Shown in pieces: positions 1 to 7,451 of a stretch of DNA of 24,156 nucleotides. The stretch comes from Candidatus Hodarchaeaceae archaeon. Lineage in GTDB: Archaea > Hadarchaeota > Hadarchaeia > Hadarchaeales > Hadarchaeaceae. Below the pieces are notes generated by a model that was not told where the DNA came from, did no database searches, and saw nothing but the letters and a program-made list of their open reading frames with translations. A program made the translations under genes and the position numbers. How positions within the stretch are numbered: position 1 is the first letter of the stretch; each line of letters starts with the position of its first letter. Where the stretch lies: the NCBI GenBank assembly GCA_030018135.1, contig JASEGJ010000016.1:1-24156 (forward strand), written 5' to 3'.

Positions 1-427
1 CAAGCGAGGCGACCGCAGCGATCACGGTCACGACATGCCCATACTCTTGCACTAGAATCATTGTCGTGACGATGGCTCCCGGCCCTGTGAGCAAGGGCGT
101 ACCGATGAGCGCGATCGCTGGCGAGTACCTGAATCTGCCGCGAGCTGGCGAGAAGCCGAGCACGAGCTCAATTCCTAGAATGGTCAGGACTATCCCTCCC
201 GCGATCTTCAGCGAGGGGAAGTCGATCCCGAAAACGGAGAGGATGCCCCTGCCGAAGAACAGGAATACGAATAGCACGATGGCCGCGGTCCCCACGGCAT
301 GGATGGCGGCGAGCCCCTTTTCCCTGCCGCCCATATTTTTGGTCAGGGAGATGAAAATGGGCATGCTCGCAAATGGGCCCATTATCACAAACAGCGAGAG
401 GGATGACTTTAGGATCTCTTCCAACAT
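1..427 (-). CDS. MarC family integral membrane protein (partial; 3' end runs off the window)
   Basis: Not in the ORF track. Manual minus-strand translation from ATG at 427 gives MLEEILKSSLSLFVIMGPFASMPIFISLTKNM...PAIALIGTPLLTGPGAIVTTMILVQEYG. The N-terminal 'LFVIMxP...PIF' and the 'PLLxGPGAI' segments are MarC-like. Confidence 0.85.
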   Translation of the reverse strand, partial: MLEEILKSSLSLFVIMGPFASMPIFISLTKNMGGREKGLAAIHAVGTAAIVLFVFLFFGRGILSVFGIDFPSLKIAGGIVLTILGIELVLGFSPARGRFRYSPAIALIGTPLLTGPGAIVTTMILVQEYGHVVTVIAAVASL

Positions 428-499
428 GGGATCATGGTAGACTTGATGGAGCTGTCTTAAAAGCAGATAGGGGTCCACAAAAACTAGCTCATAAAATCG

Positions 500-610
500 T
501 GGCGCCGGGGGTGGGATTTGAACCCACGCTGCGCGTGAGCGCAAACAGGTTAGCAACCTTTGGCGGGCCCAAGTTAGGCCTGTCGCCTTACCTGGCTGGG
601 CCACCCCGGC
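500..610 (-). tRNA. tRNA-Ser(GCT) with a 22-nt intron at non-canonical position 28/29 (intron at 560-581); CCA encoded
   Basis: Acceptor stem GCCGGGG/CCCCGGC, discriminator G, CCA, T arm GTGGG-TTCAAAT-CCCAC, long variable arm TGCGC-TCAC-GCGCA. Removing AGGCCTAACTTGGGCCCGCCAA gives anticodon arm ACAGG-TTGCTAA-CCTGT. Confidence 0.9.
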
Positions 611-634
611 GCATTTAAACTTTTGCTTCGCAGT

Positions 635-641
635 TATTTAA
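635..641 (-). promoter_or_regulatory. Putative TATA box for tRNA-Ser
   Basis: TTAAATA on the minus strand, 25-31 nt upstream of tRNA position 1. Confidence 0.45.
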
Positions 642-775
642 CTCAACCGCCTCTTTGACCGGTGGTAGGTGGCAAATTCCATGCCTTTTAAGTTACTTTC
701 GGTGACCTCTTCCCCAATAGGCACTTATGTACCATCATTTGCCTTTCATTTGAATCCATAAAACTGGGTGGTCGA

Positions 776-1419
776 ATGGAGGTTACACCAGAACTTGCCG
801 AACTCTTTGGGGCTTACGTGGGGGACGGAACAATGAGTGCTACCAAGAGTGGAAAACTAAAACTGTCGATAGCGGCTAGCAAAGATGAAAAAGGATGGCT
901 GGACTATCTGGCATCTCTTTTTGAGCAGGCATTTTGCCATCACCCAAAAGTTCTGTGGAATTCAAATGTGTGGTAATGGACGCTAGTGTGGGTGCCATTC
1001 AAAAAGCGTTTTTAAGGGGGTACTTTGATGCTGATGGTTATCTGTCTTTTAAAAAAGGAAGGCAAGACAGAAGCGCGGAATTCAAGAAGATCCATCATTA
1101 TTACCCCCAAATCTCCCTCTGCTCAATTTCTAAAGAGTTGATTATTACAGATATCGAGCACATGCTGGAATCTATGGGCTTCTGCTACAACATTTATGAG
1201 GTGGCACCGAATGGGAGAGGGAAAAACAAAAAATATCTTGCCACGATAAACGGTGCTACCCAACTCAAGTTGTGGATGAAAGAGATAGTGTCTTCGAACC
1301 CTGTGCACTCCAGCAAATATGAAGTCTGGAAAAGATTCGGATTTTGCCCGCCCAGAACTACACTTGAACAAAGAATAACGATTCTCTCCGGGCGACTTGA
1401 TCCAGAAATTTTCTACTGA
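776..1419 (+). pseudogene. Free-standing double-motif LAGLIDADG homing endonuclease, split into 776-976 and 976-1419; probably internally deleted or frameshifted
   Basis: Motif 1 ELAELFGAYVGDG in the 66-aa ORF and motif 2 AFLRGYFDADG in the second ORF. The ORFs join through a TAATG stop/start overlap at 974-978. The DNA is visibly AT-richer than the flanking genes, and no intein splice residues or host gene are present. Confidence 0.8.
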
Positions 1420-1424
1420 GAAGG

Positions 1425-1736
1425 GGCGGCGAGCACGCACGAAGTGGACGCCTTCCCCGCGCGTCGATTGCTGACCCCGATCTCCATCCCGTGATCCGCA
1501 AGCGCCGCACGTCCTGCCTACCCTCGCTGACTTCCGCCCCTAGGGGATTCGACAGGTGAAGGTGGTTCACCCCAGCCCTACGACCGAGGCCCCACCACCG
1601 CCGACCCTGCGGGACAGGACTTCTTCGTCGGAAGCCAGGTCGGCGCGCAGTTCCGAACGCCGCCCTCGAGCTTCGGCCCACCGTAAACCCCATTTGTGGT
1701 ACAGAGGAGGGGTATCCCTCCACCTAGCTCGCCGCC
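1425..1736 (-). ncRNA. ffs: Archaeal signal recognition particle RNA (7S SRP RNA)
   Basis: 312 nt. Helix 1 GGCGGCGAGC/GCTCGCCGCC; Alu domain with a TGTA motif and complementary loops ACCCC/GGGGT; helix 8 AGG-GGC-GGAA-GTC-AGC (SRP54-binding motif with GNRA loop). Confidence 0.93.
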
Positions 1737-1751
1737 AACTAAAACTTGGTG

Positions 1752-2699
1752 TCAGTAAATAAGCGTTTTTCGCTGTTTTTCTAGTCCGAGTTTTTTCAGA
1801 AGCTCGCAGCTCTTGCAGACGTTCGTCGATGTCGGCTCGCCGCAGACCTCGCACCTCCTCATCTCGAACTCCGGCACGCCCCTGACGACTTGGGGCTTCA
1901 GGCGGTCGAACATCCGCAGGATCATGAATTTGGAGTTCGGATGATTTGCCTCGAGGTTGTTCAGAAAGTCCCGGATCTCGATGTGGATGCCGCCAGCGTA
2001 GGGGCAGACCGCGAGGTGCACCCTCAGCTCCCGAAGCAAGGCGTAGAGCGCGACCTCCTTCTCGGGTATCTCGCGGAGGGGTTTGATGCGCGGCACGAAT
2101 CCCTCGCGCGGCGAGTAGATCGGGCCGAGGCGATGAAGTCTGGAGAGGTCCGCTCGGACATAGTTCAGCATTATCGCCTGTACTTCATCATCGAGGTTGT
2201 GCGCCGTCGCCAGCTTGTCGGCGCCCAGCTCACGTGCAGCTTGATTCAGCAGCGAGCGCCGCATCACCCCGCAGTAGGTGCATGGGTTCAAGCCAGTTTT
2301 GCGGCGCTTGGCGAGGCGAACCATCCGATCGAGCGTCGCGCCGAAGGCGTCCTCGAAGTTGACGACGAGGTGCCTAACGCCGAGTAACTCGGCATTTTCC
2401 TTCGCGATCGGCAGGCTGCGGTCTCGATACCCCTTTATCCCCTCGTCTATAGTTATCGCCGCAAGCTCGCAATTTCTCAGCCGGAGATGCTCGGCCAGCA
2501 TGTGCAGGCAAACTACGCTATCCTTGCCCCCGGAAACCGCGACTGCTATTCGCTCGCTTGGCGCGATGAGCTTGTGTTCGGCGATCGCCCTGCGAAATCT
2601 CCTTTCCACGCTTTTAACCAAGCACCTATCGCAAAGCAGCACGCCCGCGTAGTGGCGATCGTAAACCGCCCTCCGCCCGCAGAGGCTGCACCTGAGCAC
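1752..2699 (-). CDS. ttuA: tRNA 2-thiolation enzyme, TtuA/NcsA/Ncs6 family
   Basis: PP-loop SGGKDS, N-terminal CSLC...CDRC and C-terminal CEVC...CKSC zinc fingers, central CTYC and CPY cysteines, ATAHNLDDE motif. Confidence 0.92.
   Translation of the reverse strand: MLRCSLCGRRAVYDRHYAGVLLCDRCLVKSVERRFRRAIAEHKLIAPSERIAVAVSGGKDSVVCLHMLAEHLRLRNCELAAITIDEGIKGYRDRSLPIAKENAELLGVRHLVVNFEDAFGATLDRMVRLAKRRKTGLNPCTYCGVMRRSLLNQAARELGADKLATAHNLDDEVQAIMLNYVRADLSRLHRLGPIYSPREGFVPRIKPLREIPEKEVALYALLRELRVHLAVCPYAGGIHIEIRDFLNNLEANHPNSKFMILRMFDRLKPQVVRGVPEFEMRRCEVCGEPTSTNVCKSCELLKKLGLEKQRKTLIY
1756..1771 (-). promoter_or_regulatory. Putative BRE/TATA promoter of the SRP RNA gene, inside the last codons of ttuA
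   Basis: Minus strand GAAAAACG-CTTATTTA; the TATA-like part is 20-27 nt upstream of the predicted SRP RNA 5' end. Confidence 0.5.
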
Positions 2700-2915
2700 T
2701 CAACCACCAGTGACTATGGGTATTATCTCCACGAGGTCGCCATTAGCAAGGCGCTCCCCCTCGGCCACTATCTTGCCGTCGCGCCTGGTCGCGACCACCT
2801 CCGGGTTATAACCGAGCGACCTCAGCAGGTCGGTGACCCTAGCTCGCGCCTGCAGCCTGAGCCTTCGCGTGCCCCTCTGGCCGAACACCCTAACGGTGAC
2901 CGTGATGCGGGCCAA
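2700..2915 (-). CDS. Ubiquitin-like sulfur carrier, MoaD/ThiS/SAMP family (TtuB/SAMP2-like)
   Basis: 71 aa ending IIPIVTGG (diglycine); GGTGA RBS 4 nt before TTG; stop codon abuts the ttuA start. Confidence 0.9.
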   Translation of the reverse strand: MARITVTVRVFGQRGTRRLRLQARARVTDLLRSLGYNPEVVATRRDGKIVAEGERLANGDLVEIIPIVTGG

Positions 2916-2919
2916 CCTA

Positions 2920-4104
2920 TCACCATAGCATGGGGGCGATGTTTATGATCAATATAGCCAGCACCAAAATCGATAGCGCGTAGCTCACGCGGCGGGCGGT
3001 TTTGGCAGAGCTTCGCCACTCCACCAGCCCGCTGATGAGGTAGCCGCCGTCGAGCGGCACCGCGGGCAAGAGGTTGAAAAGCCCTATGCCCATGTTGAGC
3101 ACAAACATCCACTTGAAAAGATCGATGAATGACCAAGGCACCCGCGCATCGTACGTATACTTGTGAAACACCGGATAGCCGAGGAGCTCCTCGACCATGA
3201 CCTGGGCCACGATCAATGGGTTCTTGAAGCTGGACGGAGGAATGGCTGAAATCGGGATTATCCCTATGTCCCCAAAGTTTTCCTTCCTGTGCTTGGTGGC
3301 CGTAATGAGAAAAGATCCTTGGTCCGTTAAAACGTTGAGATTATCGCCGGGCTCGACATCCTTCATTTTTTCATAAAAATTCTCATAGCTGTCGATCGCC
3401 ACGTTGTCGATTTCAAGCAGGCGCATGCCCGGGCTCAAAACATCGTGGGAGGGGCCATTCTCCCTGACGCCCCAAACGTAAACCCCGGGCTTGGGGGCTA
3501 CCGCGAGCAAGATGACGCCCAAACAAATTAACGAGAGGACGACATTCGCGAATGAGCCAGCACCGAAGACCCTCATGCGCTTTGGCACGGGGGAAGCCTT
3601 AAGTTGCTCCTCGTCCGGCTCGACGAAGGCACCAGGGATTAGCAGTAGCAATAGCGCCCCAACTGATTTCGTGCGGAGCCCCTGTGCTCGGATCACTATG
3701 CCATGGGCGAGTTCATGTACGATCAGCACGCTGAGTATCGCGATGACCCCGGCTGCGAGTGGAATGGTGATGCCCGGTATCACAAATCGCGCGCCCGGGA
3801 TGGCATCTCCCGGTTGTTTGAGGATGAATGCCGCATTTAACGCGAAGTTAGCGAAGACAAATATCATGAAAGCTGTTCCGATTACAGCCGCGGCGGTTCC
3901 GAACGCAAGCCACCCGCGCTTTGAGGCACCAGCAATGCGGTCGATCAGCCTCAGCCCGCGTTTCGTGCGCCACATCAGCATTCCGTACTCAATTGTTATG
4001 CCATGTTTCTTCAGATCGTGGGCGCGGTTGATGTGATAGAGGACGATCCACAGCGCCGCTACAAACAGCAATATCCACGTTAGCCAACTGAATTGTGCAC
4101 CCAT
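2920..4104 (-). CDS. Site-2 protease (peptidase M50) with PDZ domain
   Basis: HELAH zinc motif, NLLPAVPLDGG motif, PGAFVEPDEE, several TM segments and a soluble PDZ-like insert. Confidence 0.92.
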   Translation of the reverse strand: MGAQFSWLTWILLFVAALWIVLYHINRAHDLKKHGITIEYGMLMWRTKRGLRLIDRIAGASKRGWLAFGTAAAVIGTAFMIFVFANFALNAAFILKQPGDAIPGARFVIPGITIPLAAGVIAILSVLIVHELAHGIVIRAQGLRTKSVGALLLLLIPGAFVEPDEEQLKASPVPKRMRVFGAGSFANVVLSLICLGVILLAVAPKPGVYVWGVRENGPSHDVLSPGMRLLEIDNVAIDSYENFYEKMKDVEPGDNLNVLTDQGSFLITATKHRKENFGDIGIIPISAIPPSSFKNPLIVAQVMVEELLGYPVFHKYTYDARVPWSFIDLFKWMFVLNMGIGLFNLLPAVPLDGGYLISGLVEWRSSAKTARRVSYALSILVLAILIINIAPMLW

Positions 4105-4157
4105 GCGCTTCCCGCAGTCTTAATAACGCATCACGACTTAAACCCCTGTGGGTAAGC

Positions 4158-4469
4158 ATGTTTTACGCCGTGCTCGTGGCAGCAAGGGACCAAGACGAGG
4201 CCCAACGAATCGCCGAGCAAGTTGTAAACGAGCGACTTGCGGCTTGTGTAAACGTCGTGTCCGGCGTGAGCTCGACATACGTATGGCGGGGCGAGGTCGA
4301 ACGTGCTAGCGAGGCCCTGTTGCTGATGAAGACCTCCCGGGAGAAGCTAGATTATTTATTTAAACGAGTTAAGGAGCTCCATAGCTATGAGGTGCCGGAG
4401 ATTCTGGCACTGCCAATCGAGCGGGGCTCGCCCGAGTACTTAAAATGGTTGGAGGAAAGCCTGAGGTGA
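4158..4469 (+). CDS. cutA: Divalent-cation tolerance protein CutA
   Basis: LAACVN, YVWRGEVE and HSYEVPEI motifs. Start placed at ATG 4158 rather than 4095. Confidence 0.92.
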   Translation: MFYAVLVAARDQDEAQRIAEQVVNERLAACVNVVSGVSSTYVWRGEVERASEALLLMKTSREKLDYLFKRVKELHSYEVPEILALPIERGSPEYLKWLEESLR

Positions 4470-4473
4470 TCGC

Positions 4474-5013
4474 ACGAGCATAGCCCTAGAGGACTTCTAT
4501 AAGCTGGTCGCGCCGAGGCCAATTGTGCTCGTCACGACCGTCGATAAAAATGGCAGGATCAATGCTGCGCCAATGTCCTTCGTCATGCCGGTTGAGATGG
4601 ATCCACCCATTTTGGCCTTCTCGACTAGCTACGAGAGCGACACTTACCGCAACATAAGTGAGACGGGTGAGTTCGTCGCGAACCTCGTGACGGCGGAGGT
4701 CAAAAAGCAAATGTATATATGTGGAAGGAGCTTCCCGCGCGGCGTAAATGAGCTGGAGAAGGCTGGCCTGCACTGGGAGCCGTCAAAGAAGGTAAAGCCG
4801 CCCGGGGTGGTCGAGTGCCCGGCGAACCTTGAGTGCAAGCTCGAGTGGACCCATGAGGGCCCCGAATATATCGTCGTCGCTGGCAGGGTCGTGGCGATGA
4901 ACGTCAGAAAGGGGACGCTGAGGGCTGGCAAGCTAAATGTGGAGCAGGTCAAACCGCTTTTGCACCTTTCCGGAAAGTCCTTCATCATCGGGGACCACAC
5001 GACAGAGCTCTGA
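4474..5013 (+). CDS. Flavin reductase-like FMN-binding protein (DIM6/NTAB family); start probably ACG at 4474, first canonical start GTG at 4525
   Basis: The family-like segment FYKLVAPRPIVLVTT extends upstream of 4525 in frame; NAAPMS, DTYRNI and NLECKL motifs. Confidence 0.85.
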   Translation, partial: TSIALEDFYKLVAPRPIVLVTTVDKNGRINAAPMSFVMPVEMDPPILAFSTSYESDTYRNISETGEFVANLVTAEVKKQMYICGRSFPRGVNELEKAGLHWEPSKKVKPPGVVECPANLECKLEWTHEGPEYIVVAGRVVAMNVRKGTLRAGKLNVEQVKPLLHLSGKSFIIGDHTTEL

Positions 5014-5017
5014 TATC

Positions 5018-5722
5018 ATGGTCAGGCCAGTTCGAGTTACGGATGCAATTAAGGTCGTATACGAAGAAGGCAGATGGCAGCTGTTGAAGCGTCTGCGCCG
5101 GCAAGCGCAGGAATTGATGACCACATTGGCCAAACAGGGCATTGAGTCCGCGGTTCACGGCAGCGTCGCGCGGGGGGATGTAGTGGTGGGCAGCGATGTC
5201 GATGTTTTCGTGCCAGATTTGACGCCCTCCTACGCGATTGAACTCGCCCTGCGCAACGCCGATTTTCACCCGATAAAGCGCGAGATAGTGATGGCCACAC
5301 CCTGGCATTTGCCCAAGGCGCACATCTACATCGAGGAAGATTACTTGGTTACCTTCCCGCTCATGAGGCCGAAGCATTTGGAACTCGAGTTCTATTACTT
5401 CGGGGGTGCGGCCGATTTAAAGCAGGTTCAACACGAGATTCGCGTGCCCGGCGTGGATAAGCGTTTGATGCTGATCGAGCCAACGCAGGATGGGCACATC
5501 GAGAGCCAGGTTGTGGGCCGGGAGGCGGAGGTCGCTAAGAGGGTCGGCGTCAGCTTGGACATCGTCCGCGAGCGGGTGCGGATTTTGAGGCGCCGCGCCA
5601 ACATAGGACACACTGGCATATTTTTGCAGAGGGAGCTCGCGCCGGATGAGAATTTTGAAGCTGTTTTCAAGCAACTCATCGAGGGCAATCCTGCGATGAA
5701 GCTTCGCTTCAAGGAAAAATAG
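5018..5722 (+). CDS. Archaeal nucleotidyltransferase, DNA pol-beta superfamily (COG2413-like)
   Basis: HGSVARGD...SDVD signature, EFYYFGG and RVPGVDKRL. Start at ATG 5018, just after the upstream stop. Confidence 0.8.
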   Translation: MVRPVRVTDAIKVVYEEGRWQLLKRLRRQAQELMTTLAKQGIESAVHGSVARGDVVVGSDVDVFVPDLTPSYAIELALRNADFHPIKREIVMATPWHLPKAHIYIEEDYLVTFPLMRPKHLELEFYYFGGAADLKQVQHEIRVPGVDKRLMLIEPTQDGHIESQVVGREAEVAKRVGVSLDIVRERVRILRRRANIGHTGIFLQRELAPDENFEAVFKQLIEGNPAMKLRFKEK

Positions 5723-5726
5723 CGCT

Positions 5727-7301
5727 CTACATCGAGGCTTCCTTGAAGCGCTCAATCACGAACTTCTTGTCTAGGGCGGAGATGAAGCCGCCCACGCGGG
5801 GGCCTGAAGCAAGCCCGATGAGCACCAAGTATATCGCCTCGAAAAGCTCGGGCGGTTTTAGCCCGACCCCTTGTGCAACTTCATAAACGCGGTTGTGGAG
5901 TTCAACCGGCCCATATTCGCGCGCAGCTAGGTCCGACGCAAGCTGCCTTAGTCCGGCTTTTTGTCCCTCCGTCAACGCTTGCCTCGTCTCGTCCGGCAAC
6001 ACCCTCAATAGCTCGAAGCGGAGATGCTGCGGGGCATATTTGGTCACCCAGTTGCGCGCGCGGTTCAAGCGGCTTAGGGCCAATTTTACGTCAGACTCGC
6101 TTTGATCGACGAACATGCCCCTAGCGGTCAAGATGTCAATTGCATGTTGCGGGTCGCGCATCACCTGACCCAGCACCGCCGCAAACCTAAATGGCACCCT
6201 CTGTGGCTGCGACCTCGGGGGCCCAAGGATCTGGGATAGCTCATATATCCGCCTAAACTGCGCCCTGCGCCTCTCGCCAACGCTGACCTTGCCAAAGTAC
6301 ACCCCCTCGACCAAATCGTACTCGTCGTAGAAGTCCAGCAGAGGCAGGCCTTGGTCGAACTCCTTTGCCTTCATGGGCTTGCTCCTGAAGATGAAGTAGC
6401 GCAATAGCTCAGGTTCTGCTATCTCGAGCCATTGGGGTAAAGTAAAGACCACGCCCTTCGATGACGACATCCGCCTGCCCTTGAGGCTGACCCATTCGTA
6501 CGGCACGGGATAGGGCGCCTCGCAATCGAACACTCGCTTTGCGATGAGCTTGCCGGTGTCGTAGCTCCCGCCGACCACCGCGTGATCCTTGCCGAATGGC
6601 TCGCAGGTGACGCCGAGCAACTTCCAGCGCGCTGGCCACTCCACCCTCCAAGTCAGCTTCCCCTCCCCCTTGGTGTAGTCGGCCTCGCCCTCGTGGCCAC
6701 AGCCCGCCGAGTAGTCGCAGCCCTCGCACTTGTAGCTGACGTAGTTGTCGTGCCAGCTGTAGGCTCGAGTGGTGGCGAGCTTGCCGCAGTTCTCGCACAC
6801 CGCATCGTACGGCAGCCAGTCCTCGGGCAATCGCTTCGAGCGGTACTTATTGAGAATCGCTCGAATTTCGTCTACCTTCTCGAGTGCGGTTCTTATCAGT
6901 ACCGCCATTTTGCCGCTTTGGTACACTTCGGCACCCGAATAAATCTTGACGCGGATGCCGAAGTCCTCGAGCGACTCGATGAACGGGCGGGCGAAGAAAT
7001 CGACGAAGTTTCTGTAATTTGGATCTGGTGAGGGTATATTGAGGTAGGGCATGCCCAGGTATTGCTTGTAGTCCTCGGACAACGGCCAAGGGATGCGGCG
7101 CATGGGGTCGAAGTCGTCGGCGTACCATATAGCCTCCGCCTTACCGCCGAACTCCTCAATGGCCCGCCGGATACCGTCTGCTATAAATATGTCATTACAG
7201 TGACCGATATGGATGTGGCCCGAAATTGAGATCCCGCTAGCAATGACATTCTTTCTACTCCGGCGAAGCAAGGTTTTTGCAACACGGTCGATCCAATGCA
7301 T
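5727..7301 (-). CDS. lysS: Class I lysyl-tRNA synthetase
   Basis: SGHIHIGH (HIGH), GKLTWRVEWPARW, EPFGKDH, RMSSSKG (KMSKS-like), C-terminal GPRVG anticodon-binding domain. Confidence 0.96.
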   Translation of the reverse strand: MHWIDRVAKTLLRRSRKNVIASGISISGHIHIGHCNDIFIADGIRRAIEEFGGKAEAIWYADDFDPMRRIPWPLSEDYKQYLGMPYLNIPSPDPNYRNFVDFFARPFIESLEDFGIRVKIYSGAEVYQSGKMAVLIRTALEKVDEIRAILNKYRSKRLPEDWLPYDAVCENCGKLATTRAYSWHDNYVSYKCEGCDYSAGCGHEGEADYTKGEGKLTWRVEWPARWKLLGVTCEPFGKDHAVVGGSYDTGKLIAKRVFDCEAPYPVPYEWVSLKGRRMSSSKGVVFTLPQWLEIAEPELLRYFIFRSKPMKAKEFDQGLPLLDFYDEYDLVEGVYFGKVSVGERRRAQFRRIYELSQILGPPRSQPQRVPFRFAAVLGQVMRDPQHAIDILTARGMFVDQSESDVKLALSRLNRARNWVTKYAPQHLRFELLRVLPDETRQALTEGQKAGLRQLASDLAAREYGPVELHNRVYEVAQGVGLKPPELFEAIYLVLIGLASGPRVGGFISALDKKFVIERFKEASM

Positions 7302-7451
7302 ACAATAAAATCTGTGGTTCTACTTATTAGCATCTTCTTTTTAATGCATGGTTTTGTTATACGTAGAAATTTTTTAAAACTTGTAGGTCCAGATTTCCAC
7401 TTGTCTTTATAGCGTTGAGCAACTAATCGAATTTGCTCAAGAGGTGATGAA

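Noticed and set aside
500-610. Reading the tRNA as Leu(TAA) with a canonical 37/38 intron
   Set aside because: It would need C33 and C37 and gives no central BHB helix. The G discriminator and the clean TTGCTAA loop after 28/29 splicing support Ser(GCT).
66-618. Track ORFs 66-440 and 373-618 (+)
   Set aside because: Antisense to the MarC gene and to tRNA-Ser.
776-1419. LAGLIDADG as part of an intein or of an intron in a host gene
   Set aside because: No Cys/Ser start or His-Asn end and no interrupted host CDS; it lies outside both the tRNA and the SRP RNA.
1358-1854. Track ORFs 1358-1723, 1556-1762 and 1567-1854
   Set aside because: They overlap the SRP RNA gene and are GC-rich shadow frames without protein motifs.
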